64,000 nucleotides of DNA, taken from positions 1 to 64,000 of IMG/VR virus record IMGVR_UViG_3300032313_001465, one strand, 5' to 3'. The stretch comes from a virus. Positions 20,582 through 31,470 of the stretch are shown here, one piece after another. The number at the start of each line of letters is the position of its first letter. The first letter of the stretch is position 1. The position numbers and the translations under genes are program-made. The notes below the pieces were generated by a model. The model did not search any database. It saw nothing but the letters and a program-made list of their open reading frames with translations, and was not told where the DNA came from.

Positions 20582-20920
20582 ATGAAAATAACAGCTTTCA
20601 GAAAACTAATTAGAGAAGAAGTTAGAAAAGTATTAAACGAACAACAATCTAATATTGAGTTGATAGGTCCAAACGTTGATGAGTTATTGGATGCTATCAA
20701 CTTTATTAACAAAGGTGATACTTCTAATGTGGGAATGATTCCACACTCATTTGGAAAAAACACACTTAAAGCGTTAGATAATGACGGACATTCAATAGGT
20801 GGTGGTAAATTCTCAATTAGTGTTCAAACTAAAGTTCCTAACGAAAGTTCATACATTAGACAAGTCAATGACCTGCTAGCTGATCATGGGTTTAAATGTA
20901 GATTGAGTATTGTAAAATAA
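20582..20920 (+). CDS. Hypothetical protein with MKITAFRKLIREEVRKVLNE leader
   Basis: Leader nearly identical to that of 387..791; TAATATTTAT upstream. Confidence 0.7.
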   Translation: MKITAFRKLIREEVRKVLNEQQSNIELIGPNVDELLDAINFINKGDTSNVGMIPHSFGKNTLKALDNDGHSIGGGKFSISVQTKVPNESSYIRQVNDLLADHGFKCRLSIVK

Positions 20921-21005
20921 AAACAAAATAAAAATAACAGAATTCAGAAAGGTGAGTTGGTAATTTAATTTACCTTTATTATATTAATCAAACAAAAAAA
21001 TAGTT

Positions 21006-21299
21006 ATGAAAAAATTAGAAGCATTATTTGATGCAGTTATCGTTAAACCAATTGAGGAAGATGAGTCCAAATTTGGTTCAATAGTAGTTCCTGATATGGG
21101 GAATGAAAAAAACAAACAAGCCACAGTAGTAGACGTAGGTCCTGGAAAATTCTCAATCACTGGAGATCATTTTATTAACACCGTACTTAAAGTAGGAGAT
21201 AAAGTAGTATTACCTTCTATGGGATTTACAAAGTTAGAATTTGAAGGTGAAGAATATTTCATTGGATGCGAAAACAGTATACTTGCTAAAATTAATTAA
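21006..21299 (+). CDS. groES: Co-chaperonin GroES
   Basis: ALFDAVIV, GSIVVPD, VGPG, VGDKV, ILAK. Confidence 0.9.
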   Translation: MKKLEALFDAVIVKPIEEDESKFGSIVVPDMGNEKNKQATVVDVGPGKFSITGDHFINTVLKVGDKVVLPSMGFTKLEFEGEEYFIGCENSILAKIN

Positions 21300-21311
21300 A
21301 AAGTTATAAAT

Positions 21312-22919
21312 ATGTCAAAACAAAAAATTGAATTGGGAGCTAACTCCCGAAAGAAGTTATTACAAGGAATTAATAAAATATCCGACGTAGTTACTAGTAC
21401 ATTAGGTCCTCATGGTAGAAATATCATCTATTCAGATGGAAATTCTGTTAACAGTACAAAAGATGGGGTTTCAGTAGCAAAGAGAGTAAATGTATTAGAA
21501 GATCCTATTGAAGATTTGGGTGCACAATTAATTAAACAAGCATCAATCAAAACAGCAGATGCAGCAGGTGATGGTACAACAACATCTACCCTATTAGCTA
21601 GTAAAATGATTAATGATGGTTTTAAATACCTTAATAATGGTGAAAATGCAGTTCAAATCAAAAGAGATATTGATATTGCTGTTAAACAAGTAGTAGAATA
21701 CATCCATAAAGATATTAAAGAAACAATTTCATCAGAAGATCAACTTGAGCAAATTGCTACTATCTCAGCTAATAATGATGTTGAAACTGGAAAATTAATA
21801 GCAACCGCTATGAGTAAGGTAGGGATTGAAGGAGTAGTACACATTGAAGAAAGTAAAACCGGAGAAACATATTTAGAAACAGTAGAAGGCATGCAATTCG
21901 ATAGAGGATACAAATCTCACTATTTTGTTACTGATAATAACACTATGTCTTGTTTATTAGATAACCCATATATCCTAATAGCAGATAGTAGATTTAATAC
22001 AGTAAAAGAACTTTTACCAATTTTGGAAGGAGTTTCAAATACTGGTCGTTCGCTTTTAATTATCGCCGAAGATATTGATAATGAAGCATTAGCCACTCTT
22101 ATTGTTAATAAAATGAGAGGTACAATCAAAGTATGTGCTGTTAAAGCCCCTGATTTTGGAGATAGACGTAAATTAATCCTAGAAGATATTGCAGTTCTAA
22201 CAGGAGGACAAGTGTTTAGTAAAGAAAAAGGAATGAAATTAGAGAAATTTAATTGGGATTGGTTTGGTGAAGCTAGAATTGTTACTGTTAAAAAAGAACA
22301 AACCACAATTGTTGATGGTAAAGGTAATGAGACAAGTATTTCTTCACGTATTGAAGAATTAAAACTTCAAATTGAAAAATCAACAACCGCTTTTGAAACT
22401 GAAAAATTACAAGAACGTTTAGCTAAATTTACGGGTGGAGTAGCAATTATTCATGTTGGTGGCAATACAGAAACTGAGATGAAAGAGAAAAAAGACAGAG
22501 TAGATGATGCTTTACATGCTACTAAAGCAGCTATTGATGAAGGCATCGTTCCGGGTGGTGGTATTGCTTTAATTAAGGCTCGTAAAAGTATCACTAATAA
22601 AAGTATAGGATCTCAAATAGTATACGAAGCATGTTCAGCTCCATTTAAAAAAATATTATCAAATGCCGGACATAGTGACGAAAGTATTTATAAAATTATG
22701 ACTAGTTTACCTGATAAGTTAGTTTGGGGAGGTTATGATTTAAAAAATGATAAGTATGTAAATATGAAAGATAAAGGCATTATCGATCCTGCTAAAGTAG
22801 TAAGATGTGCTTTAGAAAATGCAGCTTCAGTAGCTGGTATTGTATTATTAACTGAAGGAGCTATTATAGATGTTCCTGAAGAAAAGAATACAGCTGTTGA
22901 CCCACAACAGTTTTATTAA
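21312..22919 (+). CDS. groEL: Chaperonin GroEL
   Basis: [45 protein letters not shown]. Confidence 0.97.
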   Translation: MSKQKIELGANSRKKLLQGINKISDVVTSTLGPHGRNIIYSDGNSVNSTKDGVSVAKRVNVLEDPIEDLGAQLIKQASIKTADAAGDGTTTSTLLASKMINDGFKYLNNGENAVQIKRDIDIAVKQVVEYIHKDIKETISSEDQLEQIATISANNDVETGKLIATAMSKVGIEGVVHIEESKTGETYLETVEGMQFDRGYKSHYFVTDNNTMSCLLDNPYILIADSRFNTVKELLPILEGVSNTGRSLLIIAEDIDNEALATLIVNKMRGTIKVCAVKAPDFGDRRKLILEDIAVLTGGQVFSKEKGMKLEKFNWDWFGEARIVTVKKEQTTIVDGKGNETSISSRIEELKLQIEKSTTAFETEKLQERLAKFTGGVAIIHVGGNTETEMKEKKDRVDDALHATKAAIDEGIVPGGGIALIKARKSITNKSIGSQIVYEACSAPFKKILSNAGHSDESIYKIMTSLPDKLVWGGYDLKNDKYVNMKDKGIIDPAKVVRCALENAASVAGIVLLTEGAIIDVPEEKNTAVDPQQFY

Positions 22920-22929
22920 AAATAAATAT

Positions 22930-22964
22930 GAGGGGTTGGTTTTACCAACTCCTCTACTTATCTT
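22930..22964 (+). terminator. Hairpin after groEL overlapping a TTGG-N19-TATCTT promoter
   Basis: GAGGGGTTGG...CCAACTCCTC stem. Confidence 0.5.
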
Positions 22965-22981
22965 ATATTAAATAAAAAGTT

Positions 22982-23917
22982 ATGAAAAAAGACCATTTTT
23001 TATGGGGAGAGAAGTTCCGTCCTGATACTTTAGATACTTTTATATGTTCTGAAGAACACAAGTTAAAATTTAAGGAATATATTGACACACAACAAATTCC
23101 TCATCTTCTATTTGCTGGAAAACCGGGTTCTGGAAAAACCACATTAGCTAAGATATTAGTAAATAATATTGATTGTGATTATATTTATTTGAATGCTACT
23201 GAACATAGAAGCATGGATGATATTAAAGATAAAGTAGGTTCATTTGCTTCGTCTGCAACATTCAAACCATTAAAGATAATCATTTTAGATGAAGCTACTC
23301 ATTTACTTCAAGCATCACAAGTATTATTACTTAATATGATGGAAACTTATAGTTTCAATGTTAGATTTATTTTAACAGGTAATTATGCTGAAAGGTTAAT
23401 AGATCCATTAAGAAGTAGATGTACTGAATTTGATTTAGTAGCTCCATCCAAAAAAGATATTGCATTCTTTATGGATAGTATTCTTACACAAGAAAATATT
23501 CAGTATGAGAAGGATGATTTAGCTATTATTATTAAAAAATATTATCCCGATCTCAGAAAAACAATCAATGCCTTCCAAAAATATAGTAGCGATGGGAAGC
23601 TCATACTTAATGTAAGAGAATTAAATGCAAATGATGCTTACTTAAATGGTATATTAAACGAATTAAAAAAACCCACATACAGCAGTTTTACAAACATTAG
23701 ACAATTATTGGCGGACGCTGATTTATCTTCATACGAAGACGTTTATCGGTTCTTATATGAGCAGATTGAAAACTACGCCCTTAATAGAGAAGGTATGATA
23801 ACAATAATTCTTGAAGAATATATGTATCATTCATCATTCGTCTTAGATAAAGAAATTAATATAGTTGCCTGTATTTCTCGTATATTAGAAACAATTAAAC
23901 AAAAACAAATTATATAA
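22982..23917 (+). CDS. Clamp loader ATPase subunit (gp44/RFC-like)
   Basis: EKFRP, GKPGSGKT, LNAT, ILDEA, LRSRC, PDLRK. Confidence 0.92.
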   Translation: MKKDHFLWGEKFRPDTLDTFICSEEHKLKFKEYIDTQQIPHLLFAGKPGSGKTTLAKILVNNIDCDYIYLNATEHRSMDDIKDKVGSFASSATFKPLKIIILDEATHLLQASQVLLLNMMETYSFNVRFILTGNYAERLIDPLRSRCTEFDLVAPSKKDIAFFMDSILTQENIQYEKDDLAIIIKKYYPDLRKTINAFQKYSSDGKLILNVRELNANDAYLNGILNELKKPTYSSFTNIRQLLADADLSSYEDVYRFLYEQIENYALNREGMITIILEEYMYHSSFVLDKEINIVACISRILETIKQKQII

Positions 23918-23918
23918 A

Positions 23919-24185
23919 ATGAACGGACCATCACAAGTAAATCAACCAAAAATTGATATTAAATTAGCAACAACTGTATTTTCACCTGAAGGAAATTGTG
24001 TATTTACAGAAGGAGTAATTTTGAAAAAATTATCTAAATTCGTAGCAGGTTCCCCAGAGGATGTTATTATTCCCGTACCTTGCTTCTATGATTTAGTAAC
24101 TAAAAAAGTACTAATAGAATTACTTCCTCGGGAAATGCAGCAAGAGTTTAGAGATCTATATGAAAAAGAAGACCCAACAAAATAA
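23919..24185 (+). CDS. Hypothetical protein
   Basis: 88-aa ORF. Confidence 0.65.
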   Translation: MNGPSQVNQPKIDIKLATTVFSPEGNCVFTEGVILKKLSKFVAGSPEDVIIPVPCFYDLVTKKVLIELLPREMQQEFRDLYEKEDPTK

Positions 24186-24251
24186 AAAAAATCCTCTTTT
24201 TCAAAAGGATTAATTTTGCAATATTTATTATCGCCAAACAAAAATATTGCG

Positions 24252-24908
24252 ATGATACATACTACTAAAATATATCTTTTACACAGAGGAGATAATATTC
24301 CCTTTTACATAGGAAAAACCACTCAACCTTTAAAAAAAAGAAATAAGCAACATCTAGAAAATTTTGGGATTTGTTATTTAGAAGAAATTGATGAGATTCC
24401 AACTTCTGAATGGAAATTTTGGGAATGTCATTATATATCACTATATAAAAGTTGGGGTTTTATACTTAAAAATAAGAATAAAGGGGGAGGTGGTTTAACA
24501 TTTATGGATGAAAAATCTAAAGATAAAATTCGAAATAAACTTAAAAATAGAATTTATAAAGATGAATGGAAATTAAATGTATCTAAGGCAACTGCTGGTA
24601 AAACTAAGAACCACCCAATAACTCGAGGAGTAAATATAAGTAAAGCTAAAAAAGGAATTTCAAATCCAAACTTATCACTCTCAAGAATAGGAGTACCTCA
24701 CCCAAAGAAATTTAGGACATTATATCAATTTGACTTAACGGGGGTATTAATTAAAGAGTGGAAATCCGAAGATATATTTAATATACCTAAATTTGAAAGA
24801 AATAACATATGGGCGGCTGCTCGAGGAAAACAAAAAACCTCAGGAGGTTATGTGTGGAAATATGAAAATAAAATTAATTTATATGAAAAAGAAGATCCAA
24901 CAAAATAG
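24252..24908 (+). mobile_element. Free-standing GIY-YIG-like homing endonuclease with NUMOD-type repeats
   Basis: KIYLL...FYIGKT...R..QH, NKNKGGGG, C-terminal YQFDLTG...KTSGGYVWKY; flanked by a direct repeat. Confidence 0.75.
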
Positions 24909-25341
24909 TTCATTATCATTATTTGATTGGATAAAACAAATTATTAATCTGAAAAAAGATTGGAATTATTTTTCTGAAGAAGATAAAAAGACATATAATG
25001 TTTTTATGATTAACAAATTCCTTTCAATGAACCAAGATTATTTAGATATAGTTAACTATGTTCAGAAACTGAATATCCAAGATAAAGAAAAATCATATAT
25101 AGTATATTGCTCCCTAATTCCTAAAGCTACAAAAACATATTTTCCATATATTAAATCTACTAAGAAACCCCAAGACCCAGAGTTGCTAGATAATATATCT
25201 AAATACTATGAATGTTCTAATAGAGAGGCTTCAGAATATTTAGAACTCTTATCTAAAGATGAGGTAAAAGATATTCTAGATAGTATGGGGATAAATGAAT
25301 CTCAACCTAAAAAACCAAAGAAGAATGCCAGTAAAATATGA
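24883..25341 (+). CDS. Clamp loader small subunit (gp62-like)
   Basis: LFDWI, YNVFMINKFLSM, ISKYYECSNREASEYLELL. Confidence 0.75.
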   Translation: MKKKIQQNSSLSLFDWIKQIINLKKDWNYFSEEDKKTYNVFMINKFLSMNQDYLDIVNYVQKLNIQDKEKSYIVYCSLIPKATKTYFPYIKSTKKPQDPELLDNISKYYECSNREASEYLELLSKDEVKDILDSMGINESQPKKPKKNASKI

Positions 25342-25543
25342 TGATTTTACCCCCGACTCTATAGTTCAATCAATTATTGAACGATTTGTTGAACGAGCTA
25401 AATTTGGGGAGAAAAAGTATGGAACAAATCTCGATAGATCTGACTTATCATTAGAAGATTGGCTAGAACATTCCATCCAAGAAAAGTTAGACGATATTTT
25501 ATACATGCAAAAAGCATTAAAAGAACTACAAGATGGCCGGTAA
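25325..25543 (+). CDS. Small helical protein, possibly all-alpha NTP-pyrophosphatase-like
   Basis: GEKKYGTNLDR...WLEHSIQEKLDDILY. Confidence 0.4.
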   Translation: MPVKYDDFTPDSIVQSIIERFVERAKFGEKKYGTNLDRSDLSLEDWLEHSIQEKLDDILYMQKALKELQDGR

Positions 25544-26477
25544 AAAAATTCCATCAATAGTTAAATCTATACAAAAGTATAAATTACCTGAGTTAAATTA
25601 TGCTTATCAAAAATCTATTTCATATAGTCAATTATCTACCTTTACTAATTGTCCAAAACAGTGGGAATTAAAATATAGAGATGGAAACTATTTATTTGAT
25701 GCTAGTATAAACTCCATATTTGGAACAAGCATGCACAATACTATCCAAAAATATATCACAGTAATGTACACTCAAAGTATAGTGGCAGCAGATCAGTTAG
25801 ATTTAGAGGAAGATTTTGCAGAAAATTTTAGAACTGAATATAGAACAACTTACGAGAAAAATAATAACATACATTTTAGTAATCCTGAGGAAATGAGGGA
25901 GTATTTTGATGATGGGATAGAGATTTTAGACTTTCTTAAAAAGAAAAAGGGATCATATTTTAGTAAACGAGGATGGCACTTAGTAGGAGTTGAGATACCC
26001 ATATTAACAACGCCAAATAAACAATATAATAACGTTGTATTCAAAGGATTTATTGATTTGGTAATGTATCATGAACCTACGGAAACATTTAAAATTTATG
26101 ATTTTAAAACATCAAAAGGATCGTGGGGTGATTATCAAAAGAAAGATGAAAACAAAATAAATCAATTGTTATTATATAAACATTTCTTTTCTACTCAGTT
26201 TAATGTTGACATAAATAAAATTGAAGTAGAGTTTATGATCCTAAAACGAAAATTACCTGAACAATCTGAATATCCTCAAAAGAGAATACAAGAATTCATT
26301 CCTCCTTCAGGTAAAGGGAAGATAACTAAGGCAGTTAGTACATTAGATTTATTTATAAATGAATGTTTTACTAATGATGGGTATAAGTTATCGAGTTTTA
26401 ATCCAACCCCAAGTGAATGGGGGTGTAGGTTTTGTTCGTTTCTTAACACTAATTTTTGTAATTCTGGAGTTTCTTAG
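25533..26477 (+). CDS. PD-(D/E)XK nuclease (Cas4/RecB-like exonuclease)
   Basis: SYSQL..F..CP, FGT.MH, GFIDLV, IYDFKTS, QLLLY, CRFC. Confidence 0.85.
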   Translation: MAGKKIPSIVKSIQKYKLPELNYAYQKSISYSQLSTFTNCPKQWELKYRDGNYLFDASINSIFGTSMHNTIQKYITVMYTQSIVAADQLDLEEDFAENFRTEYRTTYEKNNNIHFSNPEEMREYFDDGIEILDFLKKKKGSYFSKRGWHLVGVEIPILTTPNKQYNNVVFKGFIDLVMYHEPTETFKIYDFKTSKGSWGDYQKKDENKINQLLLYKHFFSTQFNVDINKIEVEFMILKRKLPEQSEYPQKRIQEFIPPSGKGKITKAVSTLDLFINECFTNDGYKLSSFNPTPSEWGCRFCSFLNTNFCNSGVS

Positions 26478-26508
26478 AATACTCATATATGTATATATAA
26501 ATAATAAT

Positions 26509-26691
26509 ATGAGATCTTCAGAACAAAAACTCACAAGTGTAAAAGTAAATCCTGATCAATTTGAGGAATTTAAAATCTTAAGTATAAAATACAAGGGCAG
26601 TTTAAATAAATTAGTAGATGTTTGTATGAATTTATATATAAATGATGAAGAATTCCGAAAGATGGTTAATAATTCAACAATATCCAAATAG
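26509..26691 (+). CDS. Small ribbon-helix-helix-like DNA-binding protein
   Basis: LTSVKV strand followed by two predicted helices; 60 aa. Confidence 0.55.
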   Translation: MRSSEQKLTSVKVNPDQFEEFKILSIKYKGSLNKLVDVCMNLYINDEEFRKMVNNSTISK

Positions 26692-26739
26692 TAATTTGGA
26701 AATTTAAAAAAATAGTTTTATATTAAAAATAAAAAGTTT

Positions 26740-28182
26740 ATGAAAGAAAAAGTAGGTTATAAACCCCCAAACCAAAGACGTCGCATTTTACTAATATGCG
26801 ATGATATTCGCGCATTTTCCGGAGTTGCAAACATTGCGCGTGAAATAGTAGTAAATACATGTCATCACTATGATTGGGTAACATTAGGAGGAGCAATCAC
26901 CCACCCTGAAAAAGGTAAAAGATTAGACTTATCTGCAGATACAAATAACTTAGCTGGAATCAATGATTCTAGTGTAATAATGTATCCGACTGATGGTTAT
27001 GGGAATCCTGAATTATTAAGGGCAATTATAAAATTAGATAAACCTGATGCTATAATGCTTATAACTGATCCAAGATATTTTGTTTGGTTATTTCAAATGG
27101 AGAATGAGCTTAGAAAACAAATTCCTATAGTTTATCTTAATATATGGGATAGTGTTCCTGCTCCAATGTATAATAAAGAATTTTATGAAAGTTGTGATGC
27201 TTTATTAGGTATATCTAAGCAAACTGTCTTTATTAATAAGAACGTTTTAGGTAGTAAAGCTAAAAATAAAATCATATCATACGTACCTCATGGTTTAAAT
27301 CATAAATCTTTTCGTCCATTAAGTGAAGAAGAATTAAATTCTAAAGAGTATATAGAATATAAAAATAATATTACTAAGGGTAAAGAATATGATTTCATAT
27401 TGTTCTTCAACTCTAGAAACATCAGACGAAAAAGCATTCCTGATACTATCTTAGCTTGGAAGATGTTTAATGATCAACTTACAGAAGCCGAGAAAAAGAA
27501 ATGTTTATTTGTTCTACATACTAATGCAATAGATGAGAATGGAACTGATTTACCAGCAGTAATTGAGTATTTATGTAGTGAAGAAAACAATGTTGTTATT
27601 GATGAATCCAAAGCATCAATAGATCAAATGAATTGGTTATACAATATGGCTGATGGTACTATTTTGTTGACTTCAAATGAAGGTTGGGGATTATCATTAA
27701 CTGAAAGTATGTTAGCAGGTACTCCGATAATTGGAAACGTAACTGGAGGTATGCAAGATCAAATGAGATTTGAAGATGAAAATGGAAATTGGTTTACTCC
27801 AGATGAAAATATACCTTCTAATCATAAAGGAACATTTAAAAAATGTGGTAAATGGGCAATTCCAGTATTCCCAACAAATAACTCATTAGTAGGTTCAATT
27901 CCTACTCCATATATTTTTGATGATAAATGTCAATCAGAAGATGCAGCTCAAGCAATTATGGAATTATATAAAAAATCTAAAGATGAAAAGAAAGAAATGA
28001 GCGATGCAGCAAGAGAATGGGCAATAAGTGATGAAGCTGGATTTACAGCAGAAAAAATGAGTAATAGAGTTATTAAAAGTATTGATGAATTATTTAGTAC
28101 CTGGAAACCTAGAGAAAAATATGAATTGTTAAGAGATACTGACTATGAACCGAGGACTCTCAAACACAAATTAGTATATTAA
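26740..28182 (+). CDS. GT-B (GT4-like) glycosyltransferase
   Basis: SGVA, YVPHG, RNIRRK, NEGWGLSLTESM, GGMQDQ. Confidence 0.85.
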   Translation: MKEKVGYKPPNQRRRILLICDDIRAFSGVANIAREIVVNTCHHYDWVTLGGAITHPEKGKRLDLSADTNNLAGINDSSVIMYPTDGYGNPELLRAIIKLDKPDAIMLITDPRYFVWLFQMENELRKQIPIVYLNIWDSVPAPMYNKEFYESCDALLGISKQTVFINKNVLGSKAKNKIISYVPHGLNHKSFRPLSEEELNSKEYIEYKNNITKGKEYDFILFFNSRNIRRKSIPDTILAWKMFNDQLTEAEKKKCLFVLHTNAIDENGTDLPAVIEYLCSEENNVVIDESKASIDQMNWLYNMADGTILLTSNEGWGLSLTESMLAGTPIIGNVTGGMQDQMRFEDENGNWFTPDENIPSNHKGTFKKCGKWAIPVFPTNNSLVGSIPTPYIFDDKCQSEDAAQAIMELYKKSKDEKKEMSDAAREWAISDEAGFTAEKMSNRVIKSIDELFSTWKPREKYELLRDTDYEPRTLKHKLVY

Positions 28183-28241
28183 TTTTAAATAAGAAATATA
28201 TCTTTGTATACCTTTTTATATCTTTACATATTTATAATAAA

Positions 28242-28385
28242 ATGAAAAAATCTATAATTATTAACGAAGAAATCCATACTCAATTAAAAAAATATTGTGA
28301 TGAAAGAGGATTAAAACTTCAAAAATTTATAGAAAAATTAATTTTAAAAAATATTAAAGATGAAAAAACAATGCCCCAATTGTAA
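28242..28385 (+). CDS. Small RHH-like protein (47 aa, not in ORF track)
   Basis: MKKSIIINEEIHTQLKKYCDERGLKLQKFIEKLI...; overlaps the HNH start. Confidence 0.55.
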   Translation: MKKSIIINEEIHTQLKKYCDERGLKLQKFIEKLILKNIKDEKTMPQL

Positions 28386-29001
28386 AGAAGAAAAACAACA
28401 TAGTGAATTTTATAAATGTTCTTCTAAAATTGATGGTTTACAATCATATTGTAAATTGTGTACGAAAGAGAAATTTAAAGAGTCTAAAAGGAAAAGTGAT
28501 AAAAAATATCAAAGTAAGTACTATTCTATTTTAAATAATAAAAATAAGAGAAAAGAATATATTAGAGAATATCAATCCGCTAATCCTGAAAAGCAGAAAT
28601 GCTATGTTAAAAAACATAGCCAAACTACAAAAGGCATTCAGACTCGAAAGAGTTGGAGAAAGAAAGAATATCAAGAAAAATATGGTAAAGATCCCATATT
28701 TACTTTAAAAATAACTTTAAGGAATAGATTAAAAAACGCAATGCATAAAGGATTTAAAAAAGGTAAAACTTTAGATATGTTAGGTTGTTCTATTGAAGAA
28801 TTTAAATTATATTTAGAACAACAGTTTAAACCTGAGATGAATTGGAGTAATTATGGAAAATACTGGGAATTAGATCATATTAAACCATGTGACTCTTTTA
28901 ATTTAGAAATTTTGAAAGAACAATATGAATGTTTTAATTATAAAAATATTCAACCTTTAGAAGTAAGTAAAAATAGAATTAAATCAAATAAATATGAATA
29001 A
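28360..29001 (+). mobile_element. Free-standing HNH endonuclease
   Basis: N-terminal CPNC...CKLC; WELDHIKP...FNYKNIQPL...NRIKSNK. Confidence 0.8.
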
Positions 29002-30313
29002 ATTAAAATGTGTAATTTACGCCCCTATTAATTGCTATAGCGGATATTCAGCACGCTCACGCGATATTGTTAAAGCATTAATTGATCTTTATAAGGACAC
29101 TTGGGATATTAAAATATTTCCTTGTAGATGGGGAAACACACCTCAAGGATTCTCAGATGATAATCCTGAATGGAAATTCTTAGAAGAATATTCGCTAACA
29201 ACTCCACAATTACAATATCAACCGGATATAATGATATGGATAACAATTCCAGCTGAATTCCAAAAAGTAGGAAAAGTAAATATAGGTATTACAGCCGGTA
29301 TAGAAACAACAATATGTGATGGTTCTTGGATTGAAGGCTGTAATAGAATGGATTTGGTGTTAGTTTCATCTGAACATGCTAAAACAGTATTTAAAAATAC
29401 TAAATTCAATAGACAAAACCCACAAACCCAACAACTAGAAGGTAAAGTTGAATTATCAACTAAGATGGAAGTACTATTTGAAGGGGCTAATTTATCAGTA
29501 TATAAACCAATCCCCTCAGAAGATGTTAAAAATATTGATCTAAGCTCAGTTAAAGAACAATTTGCTTTCTTATTTTGTGGACATTGGATGAATGGAGAAT
29601 TTGGGGAAGATCGCAAAAATGTATCTTTATTAGTTAAAGCATTTTACGAGACATTTAAAAACAAAACCAATCAACCTGCTCTTATCCTAAAAACTAGTGG
29701 TGGTGCCTCATCTTATATGGATAGAAGAGAAATACTTAAGAAATTAGATAGTATTCGAAAATCTGTAAATTCTAACAAAATCCCACCTGTTTATTTATTA
29801 CATGGAGAATTCTCAGATGGTGAAATGAACGAATTATATAACCACCCAAAAATAAAAGCAATGGTTTCACTTACTAAAGGTGAAGGATTTGGTAGACCAT
29901 TACTTGAATTTAGCATGATTAATAAACCAATTATAGCATCTAATTGGAGTGGACATATTGATTTTCTTGATCCTGAATTTAGTTATTTGGTTAATGGTGA
30001 ATTAAAAAATGTACATCCATCAACTGTTGTTCCAAATATGATATTAGCTGAGTCTCAGTGGTTTTCTCCAAATCATGGAGAAATAGGAAATGCATTTAGA
30101 ACAGTATTTGAAAACTATAAAGATGCAGCTGTAAAGGGTAAAAGACTTGGATTTAAGAATAGAAAGGAATTTAGTTGGGATGCTATGAAGGATAAAATGA
30201 AGATCATTTTTGATGAAATTGATGCTAAAATTCCTCGTGCCGTAGCTCTTAAGTTACCTCAACTTCGTAAAATAGAGCTTCCAAAACTCACTAAAATTGA
30301 ACCACAAAAATAA
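28994..30313 (+). CDS. GT-B (GT4-like) glycosyltransferase
   Basis: SGYSARSRD, DRKN, GEGFGRPLLEF, WSGHIDF. Confidence 0.85.
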   Translation: MNKLKCVIYAPINCYSGYSARSRDIVKALIDLYKDTWDIKIFPCRWGNTPQGFSDDNPEWKFLEEYSLTTPQLQYQPDIMIWITIPAEFQKVGKVNIGITAGIETTICDGSWIEGCNRMDLVLVSSEHAKTVFKNTKFNRQNPQTQQLEGKVELSTKMEVLFEGANLSVYKPIPSEDVKNIDLSSVKEQFAFLFCGHWMNGEFGEDRKNVSLLVKAFYETFKNKTNQPALILKTSGGASSYMDRREILKKLDSIRKSVNSNKIPPVYLLHGEFSDGEMNELYNHPKIKAMVSLTKGEGFGRPLLEFSMINKPIIASNWSGHIDFLDPEFSYLVNGELKNVHPSTVVPNMILAESQWFSPNHGEIGNAFRTVFENYKDAAVKGKRLGFKNRKEFSWDAMKDKMKIIFDEIDAKIPRAVALKLPQLRKIELPKLTKIEPQK

Positions 30314-30319
30314 AATAAA

Positions 30320-30793
30320 ATGAAAGATAATTTAATTACATGTCCGATGACTAAAGAACCATTATGCTACGTAACTGAAGTAGCTCCTGGTATTAATAAC
30401 TATATGAGTTTATCTTCGGGTTATTTCACTAATTCATTGATGATAGAAGGAGAAGATTTTTATAATGAACAAATCGAACTTCTACCTGAATTATATAAAC
30501 AATTAGCTTGGAAAGACCCTGAAACCGAAATGGTTTGGTTACCACAAAGTATTAATTTACCAGCATCAGGAATGGTGTTTATAAACGGAACTTCAGTTGA
30601 AGATTGGGAATGGGTAGGAGTATTAGCAACTAAGGTTACTGATGAAGAAAAAGAAAAATATCCAGTTCCAGGTAAAAAAGGTGAATTTTATGAATATAAA
30701 ATGGATATGAAGACTATGAAAAAATTTGGTAAAAATGGCTTTATTGATTCTTTAGATTATATAGGAGTTATGCCTAGAGGTGTGGAGAACTAA
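30320..30793 (+). CDS. Hypothetical protein
   Basis: 157-aa ORF. Confidence 0.65.
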   Translation: MKDNLITCPMTKEPLCYVTEVAPGINNYMSLSSGYFTNSLMIEGEDFYNEQIELLPELYKQLAWKDPETEMVWLPQSINLPASGMVFINGTSVEDWEWVGVLATKVTDEEKEKYPVPGKKGEFYEYKMDMKTMKKFGKNGFIDSLDYIGVMPRGVEN

Positions 30794-30816
30794 AATATAT
30801 TTATTATATTAACTCC

Positions 30817-31470
30817 ATGAAATTATCATATTGTATTTGTGCCCATAATGAACATGTTGAATTAGAAAAATTACTTCATTTTTTAAAGGAAAATATCCGA
30901 GAAGAGGACGAAGTAATAATTCAACTAGACTCAACATATACTCCTGAAGTGTTAGAGGTTTGTAATTTATTTACTAATTTTAATCATAAAGGACATATTG
31001 AATCTCAATCCATACTTAATAGTAAATGGTATATATTCCCACTAAATAACGACTTTGCTTCGTTTAAAAATGAATTAATACGCAATGCTAGTGGAGATGT
31101 TCTAATACAATTAGATGCAGATGAGATTCCACACCCATGTTTAATAAAAAATTTACCAATAGTAATAGAAGAAAATCCTGAAATAGATGTATTCATTATT
31201 CCTAGAGAAAATTTTACTATTGGAATAGAGGAGAAACATTTGAAAGAATGGGGATGGAATATAGATGAAAAGGGTAGAAACTGTTGGCCTGATTTCCAAA
31301 TGCGAGCTTTTAGATTAAATAGAGGAATATGTTGGAAGAATCGAGTTCATGAAGTTTTAACTAACTATCAAACATATACTGCTTTCCCTGCAGACGAAAT
31401 ATGGAGTTTAAATCACACAAAAACAATCCAAAGACAAGAAATACAAAACCACTACTATAATACGTTATGA
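30817..31470 (+). CDS. GT2-like glycosyltransferase
   Basis: SYCICAHNE, LDADE, WPDFQ.R, VHE. Confidence 0.85.
   Translation: MKLSYCICAHNEHVELEKLLHFLKENIREEDEVIIQLDSTYTPEVLEVCNLFTNFNHKGHIESQSILNSKWYIFPLNNDFASFKNELIRNASGDVLIQLDADEIPHPCLIKNLPIVIEENPEIDVFIIPRENFTIGIEEKHLKEWGWNIDEKGRNCWPDFQMRAFRLNRGICWKNRVHEVLTNYQTYTAFPADEIWSLNHTKTIQRQEIQNHYYNTL

Noticed and set aside
25533-26477. Cas4 as evidence of a CRISPR system
   Set aside because: Stand-alone PD-(D/E)XK exonucleases are common in phage replication modules
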